A DNA stretch of 63,886 nt, filler included, from Atractiella rhizophila (taxonomy: Eukaryota), in assembly GCA_021432655.1 (NCBI GenBank). It is 14 parts of 14 records of this genome, joined end to end, with 100 filler letters (N's around TTAATTAATTAA, not from the genome) between each part and the next. Parts side by side here need not be neighbours in the genome. Positions count along the whole stretch, not along the records: positions 48,576 to 53,263 come from MU272434.1; positions 53,364 to 58,031 come from MU272435.1; positions 58,132 to 62,786 come from MU272436.1; positions 62,887 to 63,886 come from MU272467.1; 10 more parts are not named here. One strand, 5' to 3'. The notes beneath the pieces were generated by a model. That model was not told where the DNA came from. It was given only the letters and a program-made list of their open reading frames with translations, and did no database searches. The number at the start of each line of letters is the position of its first letter. Position 1 is the stretch's first letter. Below are positions 51,845-63,886 of this stretch, piece after piece. Position numbers and translations under genes: made by a program.

Positions 51845-53263
51845 ATGGCTGGGTACAACGACCCTTCTTCGTCATCTGGAACACCGTCGTCAACCTCCTC
51901 TTCGTTCAGAACTGGCCAACCCAACCACTCTGCTATTTTCGTTTCGCCCGACTCTCCAGCAACTTCCACTTGGTCATATCCCCCATCCACGTCTGATAGT
52001 CCCTCCTCTCCTTTACCTTCAATGGCCGACGGATTCTCAAATTATTCAATAAAGATTCCAAAACGGCAACGATCCAGCTCGTTCGCTGCTTCCCCGACCA
52101 TTTCTCCAAGCATCGACGATTGCGACACCCCAAAGCCTCGCAGTCGCCTCAGATTCTCTGAGGATGTACGACGTACAGATGAGAGGCTCAGTTTTGAGCA
52201 TTGGAGATCAGATTACTTCCCGCGAGCACATAAACATGTGAGGAGCTTGTCAGCTGCAGCCATTGGGATACGGAGGGGAGGGGTACGCGGAGGACTCCGG
52301 TCAACTTTGGCTTCGTTTTTACCAATAATCGTCGTTCTACTGGCGATATCCCTGTTCGTTAGAATAGGTCTCGTACCCTCACCCCGTCGCCTACTTCCGA
52401 CAGGAATGTCAGACTCCCTATTACCCTACCTTCCAGACTCCCTCACCTCTGTCTTAATGTCTACTTCCTTTTTCTCCAAATCTCCAGAGCCGCATCATCC
52501 CATCCTCCCTTTTCTCGTTGGTTCCCAACAAGCCTGGAGCCAAATCCTCAAGTCCCAGTCTCAATCTCCTTACCAGGCTCGAAGAGCGTACAAGCGACGA
52601 TACAAACCTCTCATCCCTCCTCCGGGATTCGACAAGTGGTACGCCTTCGCACAATCCCAGAATCATCAGCTAGTGGACGAGTACGACTCCATGATGGACG
52701 ATTTACTTCCATTTCGCGACCTCTCCCCCGCTGAGATTAGGCGGCGGACTGCAGAACTGGCGCGTATCCCAGGAATATCGTTGTTGACGATTAGAAATGG
52801 AGAGGTCAGAGTGCATTCGAAGAGTGGAAGGTGGGCGCCGGCGGCGGCAATGGAGGAAATGATCCGGCCGTTTGCGAAGGAATTGCCTGATTTAGAGATT
52901 GCCATCAATGAAAAGCAAGAGGGGAGAGTGTTGCCGAAGAAAGAAAGAGAGTTCAACGACAAGAGCCACCCGATATATAAGCACATTGAGCACAGTATGT
53001 TTGCTAATCTTGCTGACCTGAACCAAAGCTGATACCACGGCCGTAGATTCCTCTCTTCCGTCCCTCGCTGGATTCACTGCAGACTGGCAAGGCTATGGAA
53101 GCGTCTGGGACTCCTTCCGTCGCGCATGCCCTCCAACATCTCCCGCACGACGAATCTTGGAGTCCGTCCGCTCTGTCGAGACAGTTCCTTCCTCCAAATC
53201 ACCTTCCTTTGTCCTCCAAAAGAACGGTGGGGATGACATACACTTCACGAGGAGAAAGCTTTC
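51845..53263 (+). CDS. Cap10/Cxt1-like glycosyltransferase family 90, 3' truncated
   Basis: A single TM helix, then YKRRY...PPPGFDKWYAFA...VDEYD...DLLPF...LPDLEIAINE...RV. Confidence 0.88.
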
Positions 53264-53619
53264 NNNNNNNNNNNNNNNNNNNNNNNNNNNNNNNNNNNNN
53301 NNNNNNNTTAATTAATTAANNNNNNNNNNNNNNNNNNNNNNNNNNNNNNNNNNNNNNNNNNNNCCCACGATCCTCATTTGCACCACACGATACTCACAGA
53401 CCTCCATCCCAAATCTATCTACCTTGCCTGGAGGATCCTCCCCCGGAGGATCCTTCCAAACTGCCACGCCATCACCATCCGGACCCTTTGGGCTACAGAG
53501 ACGGTTGCCTTCGCCAAACTTGGGAATCTTAGGCTGCCCAACACTTCTTCTCGACTTGCTGCCCTTCTTACCGTGAAGTAGGGCGACAGCAGGCAATCAA
53601 AAAACTCACAATTGCTGCG

Positions 53620-56150
53620 CAATGCAGAAGACTTCTTCCTGAACCCAACGAGTACTTTGATGATGAATCTGTTATACCCTTTCAGTCTCAGCCGATCAAC
53701 GACGCGACTTTACGTCTTTTTCCAACTCAATCCGTCAAAAATAATGTGACTTTACGACTTCCTGTTCCTGGAAGCTCATGGCGGCTCAGTACCTTGAACC
53801 CCGCCTTACGCCTACGGAACAGAACGAATGCATCATTCTCTAGCCGATCCACCTCCCTTAACAAGCCCAGCCCCCGCGCCATTTCCTGGACTGGCGGTTT
53901 CAGACCAAGCCCTTCTTCACTTCGCATCCCTCTCTCGACACATGAACCTACCATCGAGCATCTAACGTCAGCGTCATCTCCTTCTTCACCGAGCCCAGAT
54001 GATGTAGAGCTCGACGTCTTCGCAACGGCAACTGGATTGGTAGCGAATGGTGGAACAGATCGTCTCTGGAAGTGTGTATGGGCTAGTGATCCGCTCCCCT
54101 TGACCTTCGCCAACCAAAGCCCGCCTGTTCCATTTGCTGAGGTAGGTTTTGTCTCCACTGATGGCTGTATGCCTATCCATGCACTTACTGATACTCAATA
54201 CCTAGCTCAGCTATCACATCTTTAGGCCCACCGGCAAAGCTTCGTCCACTACCATCTTCCTGAACTACTGTTTCTTGATACAACGTGACGATCCCGCTTA
54301 CTCCCCAAACGAGGCGCTCAGCTCGCTCATGGAGAAACTTCAGATTTCATTGTCACGGCGGATACTAGGGAGAGGGGGGCAGGAGAGTAGAACAGTTTTA
54401 CCAATTGAACAGCTATCATCGAAGGGAAGGAAAGTTGGCGTGGGAATTTCTGGCACCGACCAAGGCTCAGTCTGGACGATTGAAGGGTGGATCGAGATCA
54501 CGAAAGACGATCTTTTGATCTGGGATAGCTGCAATGCTGAAATGCAGGTACGCTACTCCAGTTAATCTTGCTGCATATGATTGACTGTATCTTTATTAGG
54601 TGCTTCTATCCGCCCATTTATCTCATCCTGCCCTCTCTTATGGTATCACCATTGAGACCCCTATCGACGACTTCAGAGCGATCGAGGTCGATATACACCA
54701 TGGCGTGTTCACTGAATTACCTTGCGATCGATCCTTTTACGTCCCCCTCAGCACATCAGAAATGAAGGCTCCCTCTCTACCTCATATCCCTCAATCCCAA
54801 CTCGCTCCACTTCCCAATACGGCATCTGTCTTTGATCGCAACACAGCGATACAGGCTTCAGCGAGTGTCCCCATTGGCAATGCGCGGATTGGATCGAACG
54901 AGGATACTTATTCTCTTCATATCCGACACATCAAATCCTTTGAGTCATTCAAATATGAAGACCTCAGTTCAGGTACATGTTTTGAATTCAGCCGTGACCT
55001 GTTCGTTCGTATGAGTCGCGAGCTACACACTCCAGTATCACCCATTTCAGTATCACCCACCGCAAGCTTTGATTCTTTCGAGGCGACTCCCAGCAATTCT
55101 GGTGCTGAATCTCGCCACGATCTCATAGAAATCTCTGATGATTCTACTCCCCACCGCAGGGATGTAGCTGGAGCTTTCACTCCTGAATTCCGTTCGAGTG
55201 AATTTGCACAACTACATCATGAAAATCAGTCTGAGACTTCGGGGTCAACTTGGGATTCTCCGATTAGCGAGCATCAATCTTCACAACGATATCGTTTTGA
55301 TTCTACAGAAGACCGCGCCGATACTCTTCCGGAAGAAAGCTGGCGTAAAGAGCAACGCATTAACCAAGGAGCGGAACCAGGGCCGTCTCGTTTGCCTCTC
55401 GATCTGGCTAAGAAACGGTCCCCGACGGCCCACTTTGCACCCATAACGTCAAGAATGTCAGCTTCGAGCCACGGCGCGCCGATCGATTCGTATACCATTC
55501 GACCGACAACACAAGACCCAGTCGTAACCTCTTCTAGCAACCTGCGTCCTACGGAAACTGCCACCCGACCCTTGAGATCGATCAAAGTCTCACCTACTGG
55601 CGGGATGCTCTGCATCTACCCTATGCAGGAGGATCTGATTTGTTATTGGGATCACCAGAAGCTGCGAATTCAAGGCAGGGCACCATCTTCGCCTTCGTCG
55701 CGTTCAGAACAATTTCGTGACCCAATGCGAAATAAATGGACGCAACTCAGGTTTGATAAGGAGACATATGTGGAAGTTCGGTTGGGTGAAGATACGGTTA
55801 CTCCATGGACTGGAAACGGTCATGGTGGGTCCTGTTTTTCTGAATGAAGCCTAATATCTCATGAACTGTACAGTGTGGTTCAAAGGACAACTCTTGCACC
55901 TAGGTATGCCCTCCTTATTCTAGATTTTGATAACAAATTAATCGCGCATTCAAAGGAAACTGTCAAAATCCTTCTTTCCAATTTTTTGGTGAACAGTTCA
56001 CAACGGACGATCCCACGAACGTGCCTATTTTTTCTGGGGAGCCTTTCGTGCGTCCCATCAAAGCGAAGTAGGTTTCTTCCATTCCCTGTACTTTAGCTCG
56101 AGCCTGACCATTGAGAACAGGAGACATCTTGTTTCGGGAAAGTGCCAATG
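53620..56150 (+). CDS. Large spliced hypothetical protein (ends uncertain)
   Basis: Consecutive long plus-strand ORFs (53746, 54275, 54600) separated by roughly 55-nt GT-AG gaps. No recognised domain. Confidence 0.5.
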
Positions 56151-59100
56151 TCACCGTGGACACGAAAGCCTTATCAAACTATGTCGCTTCCAACTCGCGG
56201 TTAACGATGCAAAGGGCAAGGTAAAGCGAGAGGTTCGTGTTTCATCCCCACCATAAATAAGACTACGAGTTAACAGCCCCGGGCGACAAGACAAAAGAAA
56301 AGGCAACTATCGAATTAAGTGGAGCCTCTTGCATTTCGTTGTAATCCGCGAAAGGACGGAATGTTCGCCCGGAGGATCTGGAGAAAGGAAGCAGGAGGTG
56401 CGAAAGGAGGGCCGGCGTTAATAAAGGAGGCAGAATGGGGAGGAGTGAGGAAGAAGGAGAAGAAGCATTCAGATCAATTTTTGTTCCTTCGTGATGCTCA
56501 ATATGTCGGTACGGTTACTTTACATCGTTTCAGTCAATTTCGTCTCCAGAGTCATCTACCCCACCGAAGGACCTGTTCTGTCACCGTATCGCGCCATGAA
56601 AGTCTCGAAACGCCTGATAAGGGGCGATCTGATAGTTTGGTCATCCCTTCCATCTCCGCCTCCGCCAACGGTTCAGAAGAACATCTCGCTTGAGAACAGC
56701 AAGCTTTGACCACTTGTCCAGTCGGATTATGCATCCAACTATCAGAGAAGGAGGAAGTTCATTCCCTTCCAGCCCATTGTGACATGTGAGCAAGTGAAGC
56801 ATTCCAGCCGCGAAACCCACAGATCTCGCTTTCTTGATTGGTCCAAGACAGCCCATATGAATATCAATGTAAAGGTCTTGGCCTTTCAAAAACGATGGCT
56901 CTTACCCATATTTGTGAATGGCAAGGCGATATACCAGGGTGGAGGGTAAGAGAACAGCAACTATGAGCGATGTGCCAATATTGTCAACACAATTGCGTCA
57001 GCAGCCTTCGCAATATTAATTGTGTGCTACTGGTCGTCGTATGGGCATCATCCCGCAGACGTTTTCAAGTGGTTGCAGAACAAGCTACTTTGGCGTATAT
57101 TCCGTTACTGGGCATTTAACATCAAGGGGCCGAGATTCAGGAAGGGATTATCAAACATTTCATGACAGATTGCGCTGTGAATACCAGCGAAAGTAGGCGA
57201 CAAAGAGAGTGACGACCGACAAAGAGGGCGACAACACAGCTGGCTTAGCCATGTATGAGAGCACACTGCTGGTAGTGAAATCGCCTCTGCTGTTTCTGTT
57301 TGTAATCTTGTTGAAGGACGTTCATGCACTCAGGCTGCACACACTCGGTACTATCTGCAGGTACTGAGGATTTCATTCCCCTGAACTGAGTACTACGAAG
57401 AGGGTGAACGAAAGCAGCTGGTACTGAAGCGTGGCCTGCACCACCGCTAACACTCACCACCCGCAAGAATATAAGGCAAACAAAATGGACTGCCGCATTT
57501 GACACTTGATTTGTAGGGTTAGGGATGTGGCGTTTTATTTATCTCCAGCCTGCAGACGCAAACGACAACCAAGCACAGCTCTCTATAACACCTTAACTGG
57601 TTAACATGAGAGCGAAATGGGTGAGTGTTTACATGTGTTCTATGTGGCCTGGAACTGATCACGCTTTGAATGTAGAGAAAGAAAAGGGTGAGGCGCCTGA
57701 AGCGCAAGCGACGAAAGATGAGGGCCAGATCCAGTATGCCTATTCTGTTTTACGATCGATTGCGACAGCGCAGTTTACTGATTGATTGTTTGTTTCGTAG
57801 AGTAAACGTCTTCCTCGAACGGTAGCTCTTTGAACCGTTCTCTCTGCGGCTTCCCTCCCACGCTCACGACAAAACCGACCTCATCAATCGTCTCACATCT
57901 CATGTCTCGTCACATCTACAGTGTTATGGATCTCATGGATGCTTGGATTTAATCAAACTCAACATGATATATGCTCCGGATGGTGAGGTCAAGGTGGGTA
58001 GTTTGGGGGAGAAGTGGGATGGATTTGGGACNNNNNNNNNNNNNNNNNNNNNNNNNNNNNNNNNNNNNNNNNNNNTTAATTAATTAANNNNNNNNNNNNN
58101 NNNNNNNNNNNNNNNNNNNNNNNNNNNNNNNCAGCGAGGAGGGAGAATATTGACTCTTGTACGAGATGTTTTTCTCTTAGAATCCGCGGAAGCTGTCCAC
58201 AGTATCGTAAATCAGGAATGAAGGCTAAGTGAAGTCGGAGCGAAAGCAGTCAATCGAATCAACCTTTACATGATCTGAACAATACAATATGGTTGGATTT
58301 TACTACCACATTCGATTGAAGCACTTTATTGAGATAACAAACGTCACCATCGTAATGAATTGGCTAACATGGTTTACAAGAGCTATCTAAGGTATTCAAA
58401 TTCGTCTGAATTACATCCAAAGGGGACTTGCACCTGTTGTGCTTCTCACTAGACTTGTGCGACGGCAGGAACACATGAACATTAAAAAGTCGAACAAACT
58501 AAATCGTCAGAGGTAAAATCTTTTGATGTTAGGCACTCGCAGTCCTGAAACTAATTTCTCAGCTTCTTGATTGAAGCCAAATTTAATTGCGAAATGCATA
58601 GATTCCAAAACCATACAGCAAGCAGACGATAATCGGCTGCCTTTATTACGCCCATAGGTGCTCCCAAAGAAAATTTGAGCTGAGAGACATAGCCTTTACA
58701 ATGTTCAGAAGCCTACTTTCGATCATTGAATGTTTGAGGTTGAAATACTTCTGATTACGAGCAAGTAACGGCTTCACGTATGAAGTCCTAGTAATCAAGA
58801 GCTTGGGAAACATAAAGGAGCGTATCAGGGAGATTTAACAGTAAATACTATGCCTTTGACGGCATATAATGGAGAACTTATAAGCTTCAAGAAAGACTTA
58901 CATAGTGGCACCTAAACCTGTACAGGCGTTCTTCCTCCGACAGGGCAGAATGTTTGCTCTCTTTAACAGTCAGCCATCCTTCATCCAATGAATCAGTCCA
59001 GAACTATCTCATGATAGAATATATACCAAACAGCACTTCCAAATGTAGAGGCACCGGCACCTGCTCTCCCCTCCATTCGTAGCGAATGAGATTTCTCTCC

Positions 59101-59506
59101 CTCTCCTCCCTCCGTTCCAGATCCTCATCACTGTAATCGTCCGGCAGAGGCTTAAGGGAACAGTTGGCGCTTTCGGGTGAATGGTTGTACGACAGGAAGC
59201 TGGATGGATTCTCGAATGGCGTGAGCAGGTCAGTAGAGTGGAATAGTGGCGCTGAGAAGCGCGGACGTGTGCGGAGAACCATAGAGTCTTTTGTAAAGGC
59301 CGCTGACGCAGTGTCAATAGGTAGATTTCTAGTAAAATGCTATTCGATTAGTCGTGAGATCTGAATCGGAGGCGGAAGCAAAAGAACATGGGCAAAATAA
59401 ATGCCGTACACGGAGTACCTCCAACGTACACCTTTTCCACAACGCGTCCTGATCACAAACACAACAGAAAAACACGTCGCTCACGCCCAAATATCTATCA
59501 GCAGCT

Positions 59507-61933
59507 ATGGCACCTCAAAGGCCAACTACTCCTCTGCTGAGACGCTCGTCCTTTTCCGCTTCAGCCTCCAGACGGCCACCCCAAATGTTGGCTGCTGATG
59601 AGGATTTCAAGATCTCGCCAATGATGGGAGAACTGGAGAGCGGATTTAGGGATCTGGCTGTGGGAATGGAGGGACTGGAAAGAAATGTACGGGAATTAGG
59701 CGAGGTGAGCATTTGAAGTATTTGGGCAAGCATCGGGAACTTGAAGTTGTCGATCATGTCGTTCGCTGTATTATCCCTCGCTTTCATGTAGCAAGATACA
59801 GGGACGACTTGCTGCTTTGGCTTTAGCCGTGCTTGCGATTTGAACTCAAAGAGGTCGCGCTTCCGTGTTGATTGTTTTTGCATTTCCACATTCTCAAGTC
59901 AGAATGTGCGAACTATTCCTTGATCATCATGTCCATTTCTTCAATTCAGCGGGAGAGTGTTGTATTTGCCAAGAATACCACATACCTGGCCGTACGCGTT
60001 ATAGCTCTGCCAAAGCACACCTCGGTACTTTTATCTTCTCAGTCTCACCACAGAATGTTACCATGTTCCACCGTCTTTTGGGAAAGTGCCAGCAAAAACG
60101 AAGGAGGTCAACTCTTTTTACTGTTTCCCATCGCGTCATGGCGAAAATGAATTTGTTTTCACTGATATGTACGACACATCGCGTAACGCCGTAGGCTCAG
60201 TTAGTTGGTGCCAAGTTGTGTCATAACTTGCTCCCTTACGAACAGTCGAATAACCCTTCAACACAGGAACAACCAAGCCGCCATAGTTACAACTGCTTGG
60301 TTGTCGATTGTCATATGTTACCAATCAGTTGCAGTTCCATGTCCCATTGACAGATTCAGTGCATGCTGTGTGAGATGCGATTATGTAGTACAAGTTCCTG
60401 GTGAGAAGAGTTTGCCCAAGCTTAGCTTCTGCACCCTGCAACAGTTGACTCCGGAACTCAAGGATCTGGATGGCGATCAACAACGAGTGCGAGGTGACTG
60501 GGAATCTTACCGATGCAAAACCAGTCACATCCACTTTCTAGCTGACTCGGCGTGCAGAACTGCTCGCTAACCTTTACGCCGCCACAGAAGCAGCACTGCA
60601 ACATGTTCATTCAGAGCCTTAGTGCCATCTTGCTGATGGGATGTAAACCACTTACACAAGGACCTTCTTGCTGCCCGCATTGGGCTGCTGCGATGGCTGA
60701 TAGACCAAGTGCGAGGACGATTTGATGAAATCTCATTGGAAGGTGTTACTGTTCGATTTGGTGGATTGGGCACGGAGCATTGGGGGAGCTTTGAGGCTTT
60801 ATGTGTCTGGACAATACGGCTTTAACCCCCACGGCGGGAAGAGCGATTTGAATTCTCGCCGACTAATGTTGCGATGTTGATTCTCTCCTCACTCGTTGTT
60901 ATTCACTATTAGGCGTTGATGACGGCCTTTTCTCCACCGTATCGTGCCGCAATCCTTAACTAACTTACCAAGCCAGTTGGTTTTGGGGTCCAAGACAAGT
61001 CCGTTGTTCTCGTCCTCTGTTGATATCGTCCATCATAGTTTCGCTACGGAGAGAATACCCTGTCCTGGAGTATCTACTGTGTTGCAGAAAACTAACTTTT
61101 TCTTAGCTGACAGGACGCATTAATGCCTTCAACGAATCATTTGCTTCCTTTCTTTACGGTATGAAAGTCAATGCCTATACCACAACTTTCGTGGAAGCGC
61201 CGACTGCCCATTCATTCGCCCTGGCACCCATATTCCAACAACGTCGCCAGCAACCACAACGCTCGATGGCTTCTGTCCAGCCTCTCCGTTCTCAGACTCC
61301 AGCTGGCGAAACAACTGTGATGGAATCGCGCACAGGAGTCGAGGAGACATTTATCAGCGATCAAGGACAAATTTCTCGGGTCGAGTCCTCGATACCAGTC
61401 CCTTCCAAAGGCGGGTCGTCCACCAATTCGAAAGGCAAGATAGGGAAGAAAGCTCTGCTCGTGCGCACTCATGTACCCTTCGTCGTCGTTCCAGCAATTC
61501 TCATCGTGTTTGATTGTAGAACTTCACTAGTCAGGTTATTGACACCCTTCCAATCATGTACAGGGAGCAGCAGTCTCATCGTTTGGAGATGGAAGCGGTA
61601 CTGGAGGAGCTGAGACTACAGCCAGAGGGAATGTAAGACTCCCCCACCGATCTTCTGATTTCCGTCGTTTACAAGCGTTACAGCACAGGTAGGCACATCT
61701 CGGTCGCGTAGTACCTCAGTTCATGCTGTCGCATCAGCCGAGCAAATCAGCAAGCACAGAACTCGAATCACGATGAATCGAATCCGCTTAGCCCTTAATC
61801 AGCTGGTTCAGACGAAGCATGTTGTAAAGAGCAATCAAGGAGTGAGTTGATAGTGCCTTCGCAAACGTTGTCGTGACACAGGTTACAGGGTCTCGTCATC
61901 TTTAGCCTAAATCCTTTAAAACACTCCTTCTAG
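59507..61933 (+). CDS. DAM1: DASH/Dam1 complex subunit Dam1
   Basis: MAPQRPTTPLLRR...ELESGFRDLAVGMEGLERNVRELGE, intron 59705-61106, then LTGRINAFNESFASFLYGMKVNAYTTTFVEAP. C-terminal extension ends GLVIFSLNPLKHSF*. Confidence 0.9.
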
Positions 61934-62153
61934 ATTGTCGTTAGAAAGTCTTCATAGCTGCTGATATTAGGGTATGTGTGAGTGTTATATGCTAGGATTA
62001 CAACATGTTCTTCCGCACAAATGTACCAAAATACACCTGTATAGTGTAAAACTGTCAATGGATCCGAAGTCAACAAGACAAAGCGTATCGAAAAACGAAA
62101 AAGCGGGACAACAAAGAGACGCTACTGTCCAACGTGAGAAGCGCGCGAAGATT

Positions 62154-62786
62154 TCAGTGAGCTGGAATCTCCCATCCAGCCTCAGCCTTCCTAAGTGAGA
62201 AGTATACGCCCGGTGCAGGGCCGTCGATGTGATGATGATTTACGGGATTCAGACCTAGCCATGTCTTTGCAGCGACGTAGGGCTTTTCGAGTAGCCATTG
62301 CTTCAAAGCCAAACGCCTCTGACCCTTTACGAATTCGTAGCCACGATCATCGTAGATCTCTTCGAATGGAAATGCCCTGCGTGGGCGAATGTTAGGGTCG
62401 TCATGATCGGTTCCAGCGCCTGTGTCATAGGTGAACTGCGTCGCGTCAGAATGATTTGCGGCGCGGACGTGTTTAGGGTGAGTCCCTTCCTCGTGAATCT
62501 GGTGGGGAAGGTGCCTGTCCAGGTCGGAAAATGGAACCTGTGAGAGTTCTGATCCGACTTTGATGGGTATTTGAGCTGAAGCATTCTCGAACACAACCTG
62601 ATCAAGGAAGAGGTAGATCCGATTGAGAAAACCGGTCGTGAAATAGCCGCTTCGACCCTCATTGACCCAGAGCCCTAGGTTTCTCAAGAAGGTTTCAAGA
62701 TCTGGTCGGGAGAGAGGATGATAGCAGATCGAAGAGCGATAGTAGGGACTGAACTGGGAAGGATGCTTCCCAATAGAAGGAACGTC
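62154..62786 (-). CDS. 3' end of the conserved fungal membrane protein (intact counterpart of 15370-18410)
   Basis: Open frame FSPYYRSSICYHPLSRPDLE...GFLNRIYLFLDQ...IRPRRAFPFE...WEIPAH*. Confidence 0.85.
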   Translation of the reverse strand, partial: DVPSIGKHPSQFSPYYRSSICYHPLSRPDLETFLRNLGLWVNEGRSGYFTTGFLNRIYLFLDQVVFENASAQIPIKVGSELSQVPFSDLDRHLPHQIHEEGTHPKHVRAANHSDATQFTYDTGAGTDHDDPNIRPRRAFPFEEIYDDRGYEFVKGQRRLALKQWLLEKPYVAAKTWLGLNPVNHHHIDGPAPGVYFSLRKAEAGWEIPAH

Positions 62787-63288
62787 NNNNNNNNNNNNNN
62801 NNNNNNNNNNNNNNNNNNNNNNNNNNNNNNTTAATTAATTAANNNNNNNNNNNNNNNNNNNNNNNNNNNNNNNNNNNNNNNNNNNNGCTTGGATAAATGC
62901 CCTTCCAGTCTTACGGTAGAAAGCCAAGTGTACCTTGCACCGTTCGTCCAGAAGTTTCTCGGACGAGGTCGTTAATATGAGGAGCTGAAGATGAACATGA
63001 CTGCCAGTTAACGTATATCACTGAGAAGGGCGATCATGTTGTTGGAATCAAATCGTTTGTGGAGTAGAAATTTGTCTGGAAACTTGTGCACCAGATGGCG
63101 ACGACAGAGTGGTCTGTCCCAAGACTTTGGGGACTTGCAAATTAGGTCGTAATTTTGAGAACACGGGAGGGTTTAGACCTTGTTTTCTTTCCTGCCTTTA
63201 AAAGAGCCATCGCTGCTCAATAAATTCTCGTCGATTCGGGTGATATCTCCTTCTAACGACTATAACTGACCTGTTTATTTCTCTCGTC

Positions 63289-63886
63289 ATGCGAACCCGA
63301 ACGATTAAACAGGAGAAAAAGTCGAAACAACGAAGCCGTGCCTTTCCCTTGCAGAACCAGTCCCGTGGACCATGGAGTAAGCAAGAGGACAACATCCTCA
63401 AGCAAGTGATTCGACGCCACGGCCCTCGCCAATGGGTCAACATCTCGCGTCTTGCGGAGGACATTGGAATGTTTCGGGACGCGAAACAGTGTCGGGAAAG
63501 GTTGTTACTACTTTCTGACTAGGAATCCCCCTCTGACGCACTCGAACAACAGATTCGTCAATCACTTGTCTCCTCGCGGTATGTCTTGCTACCTGGCTTG
63601 AACTCATCCGCTGAACGCACTTCGCAGTCATCAAGCGACCGTGGACTACCGAAGAAGATCTCGAGATACTACGTCTGCAGCGCAAATATGGGAACCGCTG
63701 GTCAAAAATATCGCGAGAGTTAGTTGGGAGGTCAGACAACGACATCAAGAATAGATGGAATACTGTGCGTCTACAATTTGGATTTAGCCTGATCAAAGCG
63801 TTGATTCTCCTCAAGCGATTGGGCAAGGGAAATTGCGAATTGGTCGCAGTACTCGATGAAGCTGTGCGTAGCGCACCATACCTAAT
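63289..63886 (+). CDS. Two-repeat Myb/SANT transcription factor, 3' truncated
   Basis: RGPWSKQED...HGPRQW...KQCRER / FVNHL / KRPWTTEED...YGNRWSKI...[12 protein letters not shown]. Confidence 0.92.

Noticed and set aside
49635..53263. PL14 plus GT90 as a polysaccharide gene cluster
   Set aside because: Only two common multi-copy CAZyme genes, with no evidence of co-regulation or conserved linkage.
57514..57527. TAGGGTTAGGGATG as a hAT end or telomeric seed
   Set aside because: No subterminal repeats, partner TIR or TSD; too short.
4837..62886. Regularly spaced TTAATTAATTAA units as a biological repeat or CRISPR-like array
   Set aside because: They are embedded in N runs, identical at 100 nt, and separate contigs sorted by length, so they are artificial linkers.
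1..63886. A multi-gene system spanning neighbouring segments
   Set aside because: Adjacent segments are unrelated contigs; synteny across spacers is meaningless.

Overview
This window is not one locus. It is 14 short contigs (about 4.65-4.84 kb each, in non-increasing length order; the last is cut to 1 kb), joined by artificial 100-nt spacers (44 N + TTAATTAATTAA + 44 N). Gene neighbourhoods therefore mean something only within a contig. The DNA is eukaryotic and intron-rich (mostly 45-60 nt GT-AG introns) and looks like a basidiomycete fungus; that assignment is an inference from gene content such as basidiomycete-type Dam1 and Rim101 motifs, PL14 and Cap10/GT90. Host genes I recognise: OGFOD1/Tpa1-like hydroxylase, GST, a Mi-2/Mit1-like CHD remodeller, a DUF3295 protein, a patatin-like protein, a TPT-family transporter, VPS25, a PKL kinase, a single-RRM protein, an FHL1-like FHA protein, a PL14 lyase, GT90, DAM1 and a Myb factor. 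There is also much transposon debris (hAT ends, transposases and a MITE; Helitron, Copia, LINE; a DUF6589-like element). Most notable: (1) the RRM gene appears to need a 1-nucleotide exon; (2) the DAM1 plus membrane-gene block occurs as two diverged copies, one decaying, and decayed SDH3 and RIM101 copies occur on other contigs; (3) an unclassified 1.48-kb TIR element with a 7-9 bp target duplication shares its end architecture with a DUF6589-like element; (4) a convergent pair of a restriction-endonuclease-like gene and a kinase gene. All family calls come from motif recognition by eye; no searches were run.
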